Assembly: GCA_016717305.1 (NCBI GenBank)
Contig: JADKFY010000010.1
Span: forward strand, 28,279 to 92,278
Source of the DNA: Flavobacteriales bacterium
GTDB taxonomy: Bacteria > Bacteroidota > Bacteroidia > Flavobacteriales_F > PHOS-HE28
Length of the DNA stretch: 64,000 nucleotides
Direction of reading: 5' to 3'
In this document: in pieces, positions 10,272-21,864 of the stretch
How positions within the stretch are numbered: position 1 is the first letter of the stretch
Layout of the letters: every line of letters begins with the position of its first letter
The notes under the pieces: model-generated
The model's database searches: none
Told to the model about the DNA's origin: nothing
The model's input: the letters and a program-made list of their open reading frames with translations, nothing else
Made by a program: the position numbers and the translations under genes

Positions 10272-12160
10272 TGTGCGGGATCACCGGTATTTTCGGGCTC
10301 GAAGGGTTTGACAAGGCGGAGGGCTCCGTGGGCCGCATGAATGATGCCTTGGCCCACCGCGGTCCAAATGCATCCGGACTGTGGCGTGGATCGAATGTGG
10401 TACTTGGACATCGTCGGCTCAGCATCATCGACCTATCGTCGGCATCAGACCAACCCTTCCATTCCTCCGATGGCCGGTTCGTTATCGCATTCAACGGCGA
10501 GATCTACAACTACCGCTCTTTGCGAGCCGAACTTGTCGGGCTTTTGGGTGAAGAAGCTTTCCGAACGAACAGCGATACGGAGGTGCTCTTGAATGCCTAT
10601 GTCCAATGGGGTTCCGGTTGTTTGCCTCGGCTGGAAGGCATGTTCGCCTTTGCCGTTTGGGATGTGAAGAATGAAGAGCTCTTCTTGGCTCGCGATCGCA
10701 TGGGGATCAAGCCACTGTATGTGTATCGGAATGATCAACACCTGGTGTTCGCAAGCGAGATCAGGGCCCTGCTCGCTTCGGAACTGGTTCCTCGAGAATT
10801 GGATCCTGACGGCTTGGTGGACTACCTACGCTACCAGACCGTGCATGCGCCACGCACCATGGTAAAGAATGTTTCCATGTTGCGTGCTGGTCATTTCCTG
10901 CGCATCACCGACCAAGAGGTCACAGAGGAACGTTGGTATGATCCAATTGAGGCATCCCGGAAATACCCGGGGGAAGCGCCCTTGGAAGTGGTTCACAAAG
11001 AAGTGAAGGAACGGTTGACCAAAGCGGTGGAAAAACGACTCGTGGCCGATGTGCCCTTCGGTGCATTCCTCAGTGGCGGGATCGATTCCAGTGCGGTCGT
11101 CGGGCTCATGGCAATGTGCTCCATGGAACCGGTCCATACCTTTTCTGTGGTCTTCGAAGAGGAAGAATTCAGTGAAGAACGTTATGCGCGGATCATCGCC
11201 AAGAAATTCAATACAGAGCATACCGTGATCCGCTTGCAACCAGCGGACATGCTTCGCGAATTGCCCGCAGCCTTGGCCGCCATGGATCACCCGAGCGGTG
11301 ATGGCCCCAACACCTACGTCGTTAGCAAGGTCACCAAGGCAGCGGGGGTCAGCATGGCATTGAGCGGTTTGGGTGGCGATGAACTGTTCGCAGGCTACCC
11401 GGTTTTCAAGCGCACGTTGGCATTATGGAACAAGCGCTGGGTCACCCAGTTCCCGTTGGGCTTGCGCAAACTGATCGGACAAGCGGCGATCACCGCGAGG
11501 CCCTCCGTGGCCACGCGTAAATTGGCCGAGCTCCTCAAGCTCGACACTTTCTCCGTGGATGATACATATCCCGTTTCCCGCTTGGTACGCACCGATCGTG
11601 AACTGGTTGAAATGGTGCAGCGGCAAACCTTTCCAGTTAATGCCGTGGCTGTGGAAATGGAGTGCCAGATCCGCACACTGAAAGGCTATTCACTTCCATT
11701 CCTTAGCCAAGTGGCAGTGGGTGAACTAAGCACCTACCTGCAAGATGTCCTATTGCGAGACACCGACCAGATGAGCATGGCGCATGCACTGGAAGTACGC
11801 GTCCCTTTTCTGGATCATGATCTGGTGGAATACGTGCTGGCTGTTGGCGACGATCTGAAATACCCACATCAACCCAAAAAGCTCTTGGTCGATTCCTTGG
11901 GCGATCTTCTTCCGCGCGAGATCATCGACCGTCCTAAAATGGGCTTCACACTGCCGTGGGAGCTCTGGATGCGCGTGGAACTACGATCATTCTGCGCAGA
12001 GCGTTTGCAAGCATTGGGCAAGCGCAAGGAATTCCGCCTCGGGGTTATGGACCGGCTGTGGTCACGTTTCCTCGCCAAGGACCCTGGTGTCAATTGGGCA
12101 CGGCTTTGGTCATTGGTGGTCTTGGAGGATTGGCTTCAGAGGAATGGGATGGAGAAGTGA
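10271..12160 (+). CDS. asnB: asparagine synthase (glutamine-hydrolysing)-type amidotransferase
   Basis: ATG overlaps the upstream TAA (TAATG). N-terminal MCGITGIFG class-II glutamine amidotransferase nucleophile. PP-loop SGGIDSS. Length 629 aa. Confidence 0.85.
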   Translation: MCGITGIFGLEGFDKAEGSVGRMNDALAHRGPNASGLWRGSNVVLGHRRLSIIDLSSASDQPFHSSDGRFVIAFNGEIYNYRSLRAELVGLLGEEAFRTNSDTEVLLNAYVQWGSGCLPRLEGMFAFAVWDVKNEELFLARDRMGIKPLYVYRNDQHLVFASEIRALLASELVPRELDPDGLVDYLRYQTVHAPRTMVKNVSMLRAGHFLRITDQEVTEERWYDPIEASRKYPGEAPLEVVHKEVKERLTKAVEKRLVADVPFGAFLSGGIDSSAVVGLMAMCSMEPVHTFSVVFEEEEFSEERYARIIAKKFNTEHTVIRLQPADMLRELPAALAAMDHPSGDGPNTYVVSKVTKAAGVSMALSGLGGDELFAGYPVFKRTLALWNKRWVTQFPLGLRKLIGQAAITARPSVATRKLAELLKLDTFSVDDTYPVSRLVRTDRELVEMVQRQTFPVNAVAVEMECQIRTLKGYSLPFLSQVAVGELSTYLQDVLLRDTDQMSMAHALEVRVPFLDHDLVEYVLAVGDDLKYPHQPKKLLVDSLGDLLPREIIDRPKMGFTLPWELWMRVELRSFCAERLQALGKRKEFRLGVMDRLWSRFLAKDPGVNWARLWSLVVLEDWLQRNGMEK

Positions 12161-12237
12161 GGGCTGACAGTTCTTTATCAGCCTAACCCGCCCAGCACTG
12201 TACTACGAGATAATGCTCCGCACTCGTCGGATTATAC

Positions 12238-12424
12238 CATTTCGCAGTAAGGAGTAGGCCAGAGATGCGCCGTGATCTTTTCGCATGGCGATACGGCAGG
12301 GTCGTTGCAACGCCGAAGGCGTGGACCGCAGGGTGCGAAGCAACCGAGGGCCGGAGCTACGGAACGATCCTGTCGGAGAAGCCAGGTGGAAAGATCACAA
12401 GTAGATCGGCCTAAGCCTTACTGC
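12238..12424. ncRNA. candidate structured RNA or MITE-like element closed by an 18-bp inverted repeat
   Basis: cgcagtaaggagtaggcc (12238-12255) is the near-perfect reverse complement of ggcctaagccttactgcg (12407-12424). An inner helix gtgatcttt/aaagatcac follows. The element sits in the convergent gap between asnB and the downstream minus-strand gene. No credible ORF. Confidence 0.3.
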
Positions 12425-12558
12425 GAGATGGTATTAGCCCCCTTCTCCTTGGGAGATGGACCTAAGGTGGGTTTGCATTCCACCCCTCTTCTTGGGTGAG
12501 GAGAAAAGAAAAGGGCCACCTCTTTCAAGGCAGCCCTTTCTGAATTCAGATCTCGTTC

Positions 12559-13527
12559 TTAGAACTTGGCGCGGCTCTTACGGCCAACACGCTTGTTCCC
12601 GCGCATCCAGTTGTACCGTTGGCGATAGAAGTTAGATTGGCCGCGCAGCACGTAGCTGTAGGTAAAGGTCAGTGTCAAATAGCTATCGTTATGGGTGGGG
12701 TCCCCTCGAACGTTCTCCTTCTTAGGGGAAGGACCGCCCGAATCGTAATAACCATAGTTGTCGGGATGGGGCAGCGTGTTGTCCAGTGCGTAAGCGAAAT
12801 TGCTCTGGTCGGCCATCTGATCGGAAAGACCATTAACTCCTTCGGGCAAGCTAGCCGGGTCCTTGTAGGTGGTGCTCACATCATCCAGATAATCAGAGAA
12901 GGTGGTACGCCAGCCCATGTCCATCCCGAACCTGTGGCGGCGTGCTTTGGTAATATGGAATCCAAGGCCCACCGGGATGGCAAGTCCGAAACGAGAGTAA
13001 TTGGCCAACTCGGTGTTCAAGGGTTGCAGTGTGTAGAATTCGCCTTGGCGGTTCAACTGGCCTTTAGGGTTGCTGTAATAGGCGGCAATACCGACATAGC
13101 CGAAGAGGCGGAAGTCCATCCGGTAGCGGCCTTGTCCACCCAGGTCATTATCTTGATAGATCGTGAACTCGGGTCTGACGTACAACTCGAACATATCGTT
13201 CCGGAAGTTCAGGTTCCGTCCAACCCGAGGGCGGTAGGTCGAAAGCGCATCTGCACCTTGGATCCTTAAATACATCAGCCCGGCATTCAATGAGAACATG
13301 CGGTTCAGCTTTCTCCGCGCGAAACCACCAATGGCCCAGCGAGTTTGGCTCAACTTCATGTCCCACACGAAATCGCGGCGGGGCTGGTCGGTACCACCCA
13401 TTTCCCCCAAGTAGTTCGCAGCTCCAACGTGAACACCGAAGTCCCAAGCGTATTGGGCAGAAGTGTCCTTACCGAACAAGGTTACTACACCGAGTAGAAA
13501 TGCAATGCGTAATGTTTTCAAGCTCAT
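12559..13527 (-). CDS. hypothetical outer-membrane/secreted protein (beta-barrel-like, C-terminal Phe)
   Basis: Internal ATG at 13527 gives the signal peptide MSLKTLRIAFLLGVVTLFG. Aromatic/Gly-rich alternating pattern. Ends ...SRAKF with a terminal F, as in OMPs. The six-frame ORF start at 13638 is probably upstream read-through. Confidence 0.5.
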   Translation of the reverse strand: MSLKTLRIAFLLGVVTLFGKDTSAQYAWDFGVHVGAANYLGEMGGTDQPRRDFVWDMKLSQTRWAIGGFARRKLNRMFSLNAGLMYLRIQGADALSTYRPRVGRNLNFRNDMFELYVRPEFTIYQDNDLGGQGRYRMDFRLFGYVGIAAYYSNPKGQLNRQGEFYTLQPLNTELANYSRFGLAIPVGLGFHITKARRHRFGMDMGWRTTFSDYLDDVSTTYKDPASLPEGVNGLSDQMADQSNFAYALDNTLPHPDNYGYYDSGGPSPKKENVRGDPTHNDSYLTLTFTYSYVLRGQSNFYRQRYNWMRGNKRVGRKSRAKF

Positions 13528-13910
13528 GTCAATAGGGTGGCACGCCGTGTACCATCGGGCAAACATAATAAAGATCCCGCTGGCATCGCCAGAAAGGGCC
13601 AGATAGAATATCAACAACCTTCTACGGTAGGACATCAATTGGGGTTGTGCCCAAGGTCTTTAACCACCTTTTACTGACACCGCGGACCTCCGTGCCGAAA
13701 TTTCGAGATGGTTGGATATGAACATCCTTTATTTGGGATTTCCACGGTGCGCGGGTCGACCCTTGATCCACCATGGTTTTGTGAATTATGACTTGGGTCT
13801 TAGGTATTGCCTTTGGCTTTGCCACCTATCACCTGCACTTGCCCTTGTATTTTCCATTACGGGTTGCCTTTCTTCATTCGTCCCCAATTTCCCTCCTTTA
13901 CTTTTGGCCC

Positions 13911-14870
13911 ATGCCCGGTCCATCCCGTATTCCCGAATTGTTCGGCACTCGATACCCTCTGGTACAAGCGGGAATGATCTGGTGTTCCGGTTGGGAATTG
14001 GCCTCCGCAGTAAGCAATGCCGGAGGACTTGGGATCATCGGTTCCGGGTCCATGTATCCGGATGTATTGCGAGAGCATATCCGCAAATGCCAGGCGGCAA
14101 CCAGCAAGCCTTTCGGTGTGAACGTGCCCATGCTTTACCCCGATGTGGAAAAGCACATCCGAACGATCATTGAAGAGAACGTACCGATCGTTTTCACCTC
14201 CGCTGGTAACCCAAGTACATTCACTTCGATGCTGAAAAAGCAAGGAAGGACCGTGGTGCACGTGGTCAGTAGCGTGAAATTCGCGTTACGTGCACAAGCT
14301 GCCGGGGTGGATGCCGTTGTGGCCGAAGGTTTCGAAGCCGGCGGGCACAACGGGAGGGAGGAGACGACCACGTTGGTCTTGGTTCCCATGGTGAGTGATG
14401 CGCTCGACATCCCGGTTATCGCCGCAGGAGGTATTTCCGATGGAAGGTCCATGTTGGCCGCCATGAGCCTCGGTGCTGAAGGGGTGCAGGTGGGAAGCCG
14501 TTTCGTCTGTTCGCACGAATCTTCCGCCCATCCGGCCTTCAAACAGTGCGTAGTGGAATCCGGTGAAGGAAATACTACCCTGACACTGAAGGAGTTGGCG
14601 CCGGTTCGGTTGATCCACAACAAATTCTTCAAGGAGATCCAGGAAGCCTATGCACGATGTGCCGGTCCGGAAGAATTAAAAGCCCTTTTGGGCAGGGCAA
14701 GAGCAAAGCGCGGAATGTTTGAAGGGGATCTGGAAGAAGGGGAGTTGGAGATCGGTCAAGTGAGTGGTCGGATCAATGGCATTTTACCTGCTGCCGCGAT
14801 CGTGCAAGAGATCATGGAAGAATATCAGACGGCCATCCATAGGATCACATCGAGCAAACAATTTGTATGA
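13911..14870 (+). CDS. nitronate monooxygenase / FabK-like NAD(P)H-dependent flavin oxidoreductase
   Basis: ATG at 13911. Motif PLVQAGMIWCSGWELASAVSNAGGLGIIGSG, a TIM-barrel FMN oxidoreductase (NMO/2-nitropropane dioxygenase family). Confidence 0.8.
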   Translation: MPGPSRIPELFGTRYPLVQAGMIWCSGWELASAVSNAGGLGIIGSGSMYPDVLREHIRKCQAATSKPFGVNVPMLYPDVEKHIRTIIEENVPIVFTSAGNPSTFTSMLKKQGRTVVHVVSSVKFALRAQAAGVDAVVAEGFEAGGHNGREETTTLVLVPMVSDALDIPVIAAGGISDGRSMLAAMSLGAEGVQVGSRFVCSHESSAHPAFKQCVVESGEGNTTLTLKELAPVRLIHNKFFKEIQEAYARCAGPEELKALLGRARAKRGMFEGDLEEGELEIGQVSGRINGILPAAAIVQEIMEEYQTAIHRITSSKQFV

Positions 14871-14928
14871 AAGCAGCATGTGGCGGCAACATCCAATGGG
14901 CATTGTACGTCTTTATCATGTGGATAGG

Positions 14929-17013
14929 ATGAAGGTGATCAGGTGCTATGCAACGCAGTTCGTTATGGGGCTGGCGGCTGGGACCGTTCTTCTCATTTCG
15001 TCGTTTTCGGCATCTGCCGCTGTTGGCCCGCCAGCGTTGCAATGCGCCTCGGTATCGTCCAATGGAGATGTGACTCTTTCATGGGACATTCCGCCTGATC
15101 CGTTGACTGAGTTTGCTTCATACCAGATATGGACGTCCGCCGCGGCTGCGGGTCCGTATGTTCTGTTGATGAATGTGCCCGTCTATGCACAGACCACTCA
15201 GCTCCATCTTGGGGCGAATGCGGACACCGGACCGCGTTTCTACTATATGACAACGACCACTGGCGGTCCATCCCCTGAGGTCTCCGCTTCTAGCGATACG
15301 GTAGCCACGCTATTCCTCCAAGTATTCCAAAGCGCGCCGTTGGGAAGCGCCGATCTCAGTTGGAACAGTTTGTCCCCCGCACCATCTGCCAACGATTCGT
15401 TCATCGTTTGGCTGGAATATCCACAAGGGATATGGACCGAATTGGATACTGTTTCCAACACCACATTCTCTTATCAACATGTGGTTTCGGTCTGCGAGGA
15501 TTCCCTGCACTTCCGGATCGAATTGGACGATGCCACCGGTTGTAGTTCCTTCAGCAACCGCAATGGTGATCTGTTCACGGATGTAACGCCGCCAAGTTCA
15601 CCGGTGATCACGGTCGTTACCGTGGATACCATCACTGGACTCGCTTCCATCCAGTGGGACCCAAGTCCAGAAGGCGATACCGACGGTTATATCATTGTAT
15701 TTCAAGCTCCAGGAGGGGCGGTGGTCATCGACACGGTTTACGGACAGGGTACCACGACCTACGAATGGCCCGATAGTGATGCGGATACAAGGATCGAAGG
15801 GTTCACGGTGGCGGCTTTCGATACCTGTTTGACCGGTACGCCTCCCAGTCCGAACACCAGTGCAACACGGCCGATCCACAGTTCCATCCTGCTCAACAAC
15901 AGTTATGACGCTTGTGCCCTACGGGTCTCATTGGGTTGGAACCGTTACATAGGCTGGCCTGCCGTAGGCTATCGCATTTTCGTTCAATTGGATCAAGGTC
16001 CATGGCAATTGCTCGCTACGGTGGACAGTAGCACATTCACGTACGACCACACTGTAACCCCGTTCCATACGTACTGTTATAGCATTGAAGCCATTCGCGG
16101 AGCAAGCGCGGTTGTTTCATCATCGAACCGGACCTGCGTCATCACGGATTATCCTGGTTTGCCGGCCTTCAATTACATCCGTTCCGTGTCGGTCACAGGG
16201 AGCACGGAGATCACCATCATTGACAGCGTAGATGCGTTCGCTTCCGTCCAAGGCTATCGATTGGAAAGATCAGCGAACGGGGCCCCATTTGAGGCCGTCC
16301 AGACCGTTGGAGTACCCTTTGGGTCATTGGTGCAATTCGTGGACACTGACGTGGAACCTTCTACCACCGGATACCAATACAGGGTTGCAGTGATCGATGC
16401 GTGTGGGAATGGATCGGTCGTCAGCAACATCGGGGCTAGCATTCTTCTTCAAGCTGTGGCGGACCTTTCCGGGTTCAACAACCTGCGATGGAACGGGTAT
16501 GTGCAATGGGCAGGAAATGTTCAGGCCTACGGTATTTTCAGACAAATGGACGGATCCGATCTGGAGCTCGTACACATCTCACCACCGGATCCGTGGGCGT
16601 ATGCCGACAACGTGAACCTGTTCACCGCGGGCACGGGCCGTTTCTGCTATCAGGTCAGGGCCTTGGAGATCGGTAATCCTTCTGGGATCAACGCCAGTTC
16701 CGAAAGCAACATTGCATGTGCTGTTCAGGAGGATCTGGTATACATCCCCAGTGCCATAGTAAGGGGTGGTGCGAACCCGATATTCAAGCCGGTGATCTCC
16801 TATGCCGACGTCGCCGATTATGAATTGAGCATCATCAACCGTTGGGGCCAGGTCTTTTGGACCAGCACGGAACCAACCGTTGGCTGGGATGGTACGTACG
16901 GTGGAAGTCCGGTCCCAATGGGCATTTACGCGTACTACTGCCGGTACGAGAATGGTGCTGGCCGACTCTTCGAAAAGCGTGGCACGGTCACCGTGCTATC
17001 CGCTACGGATTGA
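14929..17013 (+). CDS. fibronectin-III-like repeat surface protein with T9SS type B (gliding-motility-associated) C-terminal domain
   Basis: ATG at 14929 (or 14896), followed by a signal-like segment. Several ~90-aa W/Y-containing beta-sandwich repeats. C-terminus ...VYIPSAIVRGGANPIFKPVISYADVADYELSIINRWGQVFWTSTEPTVGWDGTYGGSPVPMGIYAYYCRY... matches the CHU_C/T9SS type B domain pattern. Confidence 0.65.
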   Translation: MKVIRCYATQFVMGLAAGTVLLISSFSASAAVGPPALQCASVSSNGDVTLSWDIPPDPLTEFASYQIWTSAAAAGPYVLLMNVPVYAQTTQLHLGANADTGPRFYYMTTTTGGPSPEVSASSDTVATLFLQVFQSAPLGSADLSWNSLSPAPSANDSFIVWLEYPQGIWTELDTVSNTTFSYQHVVSVCEDSLHFRIELDDATGCSSFSNRNGDLFTDVTPPSSPVITVVTVDTITGLASIQWDPSPEGDTDGYIIVFQAPGGAVVIDTVYGQGTTTYEWPDSDADTRIEGFTVAAFDTCLTGTPPSPNTSATRPIHSSILLNNSYDACALRVSLGWNRYIGWPAVGYRIFVQLDQGPWQLLATVDSSTFTYDHTVTPFHTYCYSIEAIRGASAVVSSSNRTCVITDYPGLPAFNYIRSVSVTGSTEITIIDSVDAFASVQGYRLERSANGAPFEAVQTVGVPFGSLVQFVDTDVEPSTTGYQYRVAVIDACGNGSVVSNIGASILLQAVADLSGFNNLRWNGYVQWAGNVQAYGIFRQMDGSDLELVHISPPDPWAYADNVNLFTAGTGRFCYQVRALEIGNPSGINASSESNIACAVQEDLVYIPSAIVRGGANPIFKPVISYADVADYELSIINRWGQVFWTSTEPTVGWDGTYGGSPVPMGIYAYYCRYENGAGRLFEKRGTVTVLSATD

Positions 17014-17107
17014 TCAACCGTAGTTTGATCCATTTCAGTCCTTCTTGCCCATTACTGTGGGTGTCGGGTCAAAGTTTTGCTCTCCATTTACATCGAGGAA
17101 GCCTTAG

Positions 17108-18715
<1,608 letters not shown>

Positions 18716-18847
18716 GCGGTTTGTTGGTTCGATCTTATTAACGACAAGGTCCCTTCGACCGTAATGGTCGAAGGGTTACATTTGCGACCCTTGTTCCCGG
18801 TACCACCAGAGGTTTGGGACCAATTTGACCACCCGATGCAACGATCC

Positions 18848-20992
18848 ATGAAAATTTATGGCCTGCTCTGTGCAGCTGTGTTGATCTATACCTCAAGCCG
18901 AGTGAATGCACAGGCGGACCCCACGATCATGACGGTTGATGGCCAAGTCGTCCCACGCAGTGAATTCGAGGCGATCTACAAGAAGAACAACAAGGAAGCG
19001 TCCGTGACCAAAGAAGCGTTGGATGAATACCTCGATCTGTTCATCAACTACAAACTGAAAGTGCGGGAGGCGGAGACCTTGGGAATGGACACCATCGGCA
19101 AGTTCAAGACCGAACTTGCTGGATACCGCACCCAGCTTGCCCGTCCTTACTTGATCGATCGCGAGCTCAATGAGGCACTTATGCAAGAGGCTTTCGATCG
19201 CATGGGTACCGAAGTTCGAGCCAGCCACATACTTCTCCAGGTAGCCCCGGATGCATCATCGGAAGACACGCTTGTCGTCTACAAGCGCATCATGGCGTTG
19301 CGTGATCGGATCTTGAAAGGCGAGGATTTTGCCACCTTGGCGAAGGAGAAGGGCGGTTCAGAGGATCCGAGTGCGGCCAACAACGGCGGCGATCTCGGCT
19401 GGTTCAGTGCCCTGCAAATGGTGTATCCGTTCGAAACAGCTGCGTACAGCACCAAGGTGGGTGAAGTAAGCATGCCGGTACGGACCCGGTTCGGGTACCA
19501 CATCATCAAGGTCGTTGATCGCAGACCCGCTCGTGGGCAGGTCAAGGTCGCGCACATCATGTTGCGCAGCACACCAGAGGATCCCGCCGAGAAACAGGCA
19601 AGCGCCGAGAACAGGGCCAAGGAGATCCATGAACAGGTCACCACCGGAAAGATGACCTTCTCGGAGGCCGCCCTGAAGTACAGTGAGGATGAAAGTTCCA
19701 ATACAAAGGGGGGTGAATTGCCCATGTTCGGCACGGGCAAAATGATCGAGGAGTTCGAAGATGCCGCCTTCGCATTGAAGAAAATGGATGATATCAGCGC
19801 ACCGATCAAGTCACGCTATGGGTGGCACATCATCAAGCTGCTGGAGAAACAGGAACCTGCAACCTTCGAAGCCAGCAGATCCGAATTGAAGAACAAGATC
19901 TCCCGCGATAGTCGCGCCGAGATCACGCGCAAGGTGTTCATGGAGAAGTTGAAGAAAGATTACAGCTTCATGGAGTATCCGAACAACCTGAAGAAAGTGG
20001 TCGCTATGGTGGACACCAACATCTTCAAGAAAGGGACTTCTGTGAGTGACACGTTGATCCGACGCAATGTTGCCGAAGGGTCGTTCATCAAGGACGGTGC
20101 GACCTACAGGCGCGAACTATTGGGCGCCATGAGCGGTGGCCGATTGTTGAATGTGAAGAGCCGTCAATACGAGGAAATGACCCAGACTTTGGACGACACG
20201 GTCGTGGTACGGACCATCATGGAAGGGTGGAAGTATGATCGTAAGAAGGCGGAGAAACTGACCAAGCCTGTGTTCAGCTTCAAGGGGAAGACCTACACCC
20301 AAAAGGACCTGTTGGATTTTATGGAAACCGGCCAGAAGCGAGAGAAGGTGACTTCATTGCAGGACTATGTGAAAGGTCAAGCACACGAGTTTGGCGATGA
20401 GCGTGTCATGGCCTACGAGGACGAGAACTTGGAGGAGAAGTACGCCGATTTCAGGTTGCTGATGAAGGAATACCGCGATGGCATCCTCCTCTTCGAACTT
20501 ACCGACCAGAAAGTTTGGGGAAAGGCAGTTCGGGATACCACCGGCCTAGAGGCGTACTACACGGCCCACAAGGATGATTTCATGTGGGATACACGGTTCG
20601 AGGCGACCGTTTACACCTGTACGGATGCGTCAGTCGCCAAGCAAGTTCGTGGGTTGATCGCCAAAAAGAAGAAGGCACAGGAGATACTTGATGTGGTGAA
20701 CAAGGACAATGCATTGGCCCTTACAATAGAAAGTGGGCTGTTCACGGTGGAACAGAAGCCTTTCTTGAGCGGGCTTACAAAACCAGGGCTCAGTGCGGAT
20801 ATGAAGGTGGACGATCGCGTTGTCTTTGTGGATGTGAAAGGAGTAAGGTCTCCGGAACCCAAGACCATGGAGGAAGCCCGTGGGCTCATCACCGCAGCTT
20901 ATCAGGATAGCCTCGAGAAGGCGTGGATCGAAGAACTGCGCGCCAAGTATCCCGTTTCCGTTGTTCAAGAGGTCCTCTATTCCATCAAGTGA
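18848..20992 (+). CDS. peptidyl-prolyl cis-trans isomerase, SurA/PpiD-like with two parvulin domains
   Basis: ATG at 18848 with signal peptide MKIYGLLCAAVLIYTSSRVNAQ. Two PpiC-type blocks: ASHILLQV...GGDLGWF...FGYHIIKV and AHIMLRS...GGELPMFG...YGWHIIKL. Confidence 0.75.
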   Translation: MKIYGLLCAAVLIYTSSRVNAQADPTIMTVDGQVVPRSEFEAIYKKNNKEASVTKEALDEYLDLFINYKLKVREAETLGMDTIGKFKTELAGYRTQLARPYLIDRELNEALMQEAFDRMGTEVRASHILLQVAPDASSEDTLVVYKRIMALRDRILKGEDFATLAKEKGGSEDPSAANNGGDLGWFSALQMVYPFETAAYSTKVGEVSMPVRTRFGYHIIKVVDRRPARGQVKVAHIMLRSTPEDPAEKQASAENRAKEIHEQVTTGKMTFSEAALKYSEDESSNTKGGELPMFGTGKMIEEFEDAAFALKKMDDISAPIKSRYGWHIIKLLEKQEPATFEASRSELKNKISRDSRAEITRKVFMEKLKKDYSFMEYPNNLKKVVAMVDTNIFKKGTSVSDTLIRRNVAEGSFIKDGATYRRELLGAMSGGRLLNVKSRQYEEMTQTLDDTVVVRTIMEGWKYDRKKAEKLTKPVFSFKGKTYTQKDLLDFMETGQKREKVTSLQDYVKGQAHEFGDERVMAYEDENLEEKYADFRLLMKEYRDGILLFELTDQKVWGKAVRDTTGLEAYYTAHKDDFMWDTRFEATVYTCTDASVAKQVRGLIAKKKKAQEILDVVNKDNALALTIESGLFTVEQKPFLSGLTKPGLSADMKVDDRVVFVDVKGVRSPEPKTMEEARGLITAAYQDSLEKAWIEELRAKYPVSVVQEVLYSIK

Positions 20993-21864
20993 CAAAAGGG
21001 CGATGTACCGAGCGGACAGCGTCCATCGGCTTGTTCGGTGTGGTGCTCGTGTGTTTGGGAGCTTGTGCAGCACCGGAAGACGCTGCGGATCGTCTTCTGG
21101 CCCGGGCCTATGAAGATGAGTTGCGCTGGAGCGACTTGAGGCAAGTGATACCTTTGGACGCAACCGCAGAGGATAGCACTGCACTTGCGCAACGTTACAT
21201 CAACAACTGGGTCCAACAACATGTGGTGCTTCACATGGCCGAGAGCAATCTTCTGGATGAACGTCTGGACCTGGAGGAACAAATGGAGGACTACAGGAGG
21301 TCCTTGTTGATATTCAACTACGAGCAGGCTTTGGTGGAGCAAAAGCTGGATACCTCATTTTCGGATGCGGAAATTCAAGGATATTACGATCAGCACAAGG
21401 CGAACTTCGAGTTGAAGGACAATATTGTAAAGGCGAGATGGTTCAAGGTGAACGAAGCGGATGATCGGGTCGTGCGCAAAATGAGTGAGCGGTTCTTGGA
21501 CGGTAGTTCCGATAAAATGAGAGAGGTGGAACTATGGCTAGCAGGACTCGGTGTAACAATAATGGATCGTAGTTCGGGCTGGGCCCCATGGACTGGATTC
21601 GAGGCTGAAATTCCCTTGGGGGAACGTGAGAGTGCTGCTGTTATGGCCAGCAATGGCAAACGTGTGATCAGGGAAGGTGGAGCGGCATGGTTCGTGGAAG
21701 TATTGGACCATCGGGATAAGAATACCATTTCGCCGCTCGAATTGGTGCATCAGGACATACGGTCGATATTGTTGAACCAACGAAAGCTCAAATTGATCGA
21801 GACCATGCGAGCGAACTTGTATAAGCAAGCCCAAGAGAACAATGATGTGGAGATCTTTCAGTAG
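20989..21864 (+). CDS. SurA N-terminal-domain-like chaperone lipoprotein (no PPIase domain)
   Basis: No in-frame ATG exists. GTG at 20989 (overlapping the upstream TGA as GTGA) gives MTKGRCTERTASIGLFGVVLVCLGAC, a lipoprotein signal with lipobox LGAC. The rest is helical and SurA_N-like. Start is uncertain (TTG at 21031 is an alternative). Confidence 0.5.
   Translation: MTKGRCTERTASIGLFGVVLVCLGACAAPEDAADRLLARAYEDELRWSDLRQVIPLDATAEDSTALAQRYINNWVQQHVVLHMAESNLLDERLDLEEQMEDYRRSLLIFNYEQALVEQKLDTSFSDAEIQGYYDQHKANFELKDNIVKARWFKVNEADDRVVRKMSERFLDGSSDKMREVELWLAGLGVTIMDRSSGWAPWTGFEAEIPLGERESAAVMASNGKRVIREGGAAWFVEVLDHRDKNTISPLELVHQDIRSILLNQRKLKLIETMRANLYKQAQENNDVEIFQ

Noticed and set aside
12272-12499. 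75-aa ORF within the asnB downstream intergenic region
   Set aside because: Arg-rich, with no start context. It lies entirely within the inverted-repeat structured element.
14135-14632. 165-aa minus-strand ORF
   Set aside because: Antisense to the nitronate-monooxygenase/FabK-like gene. No motifs.
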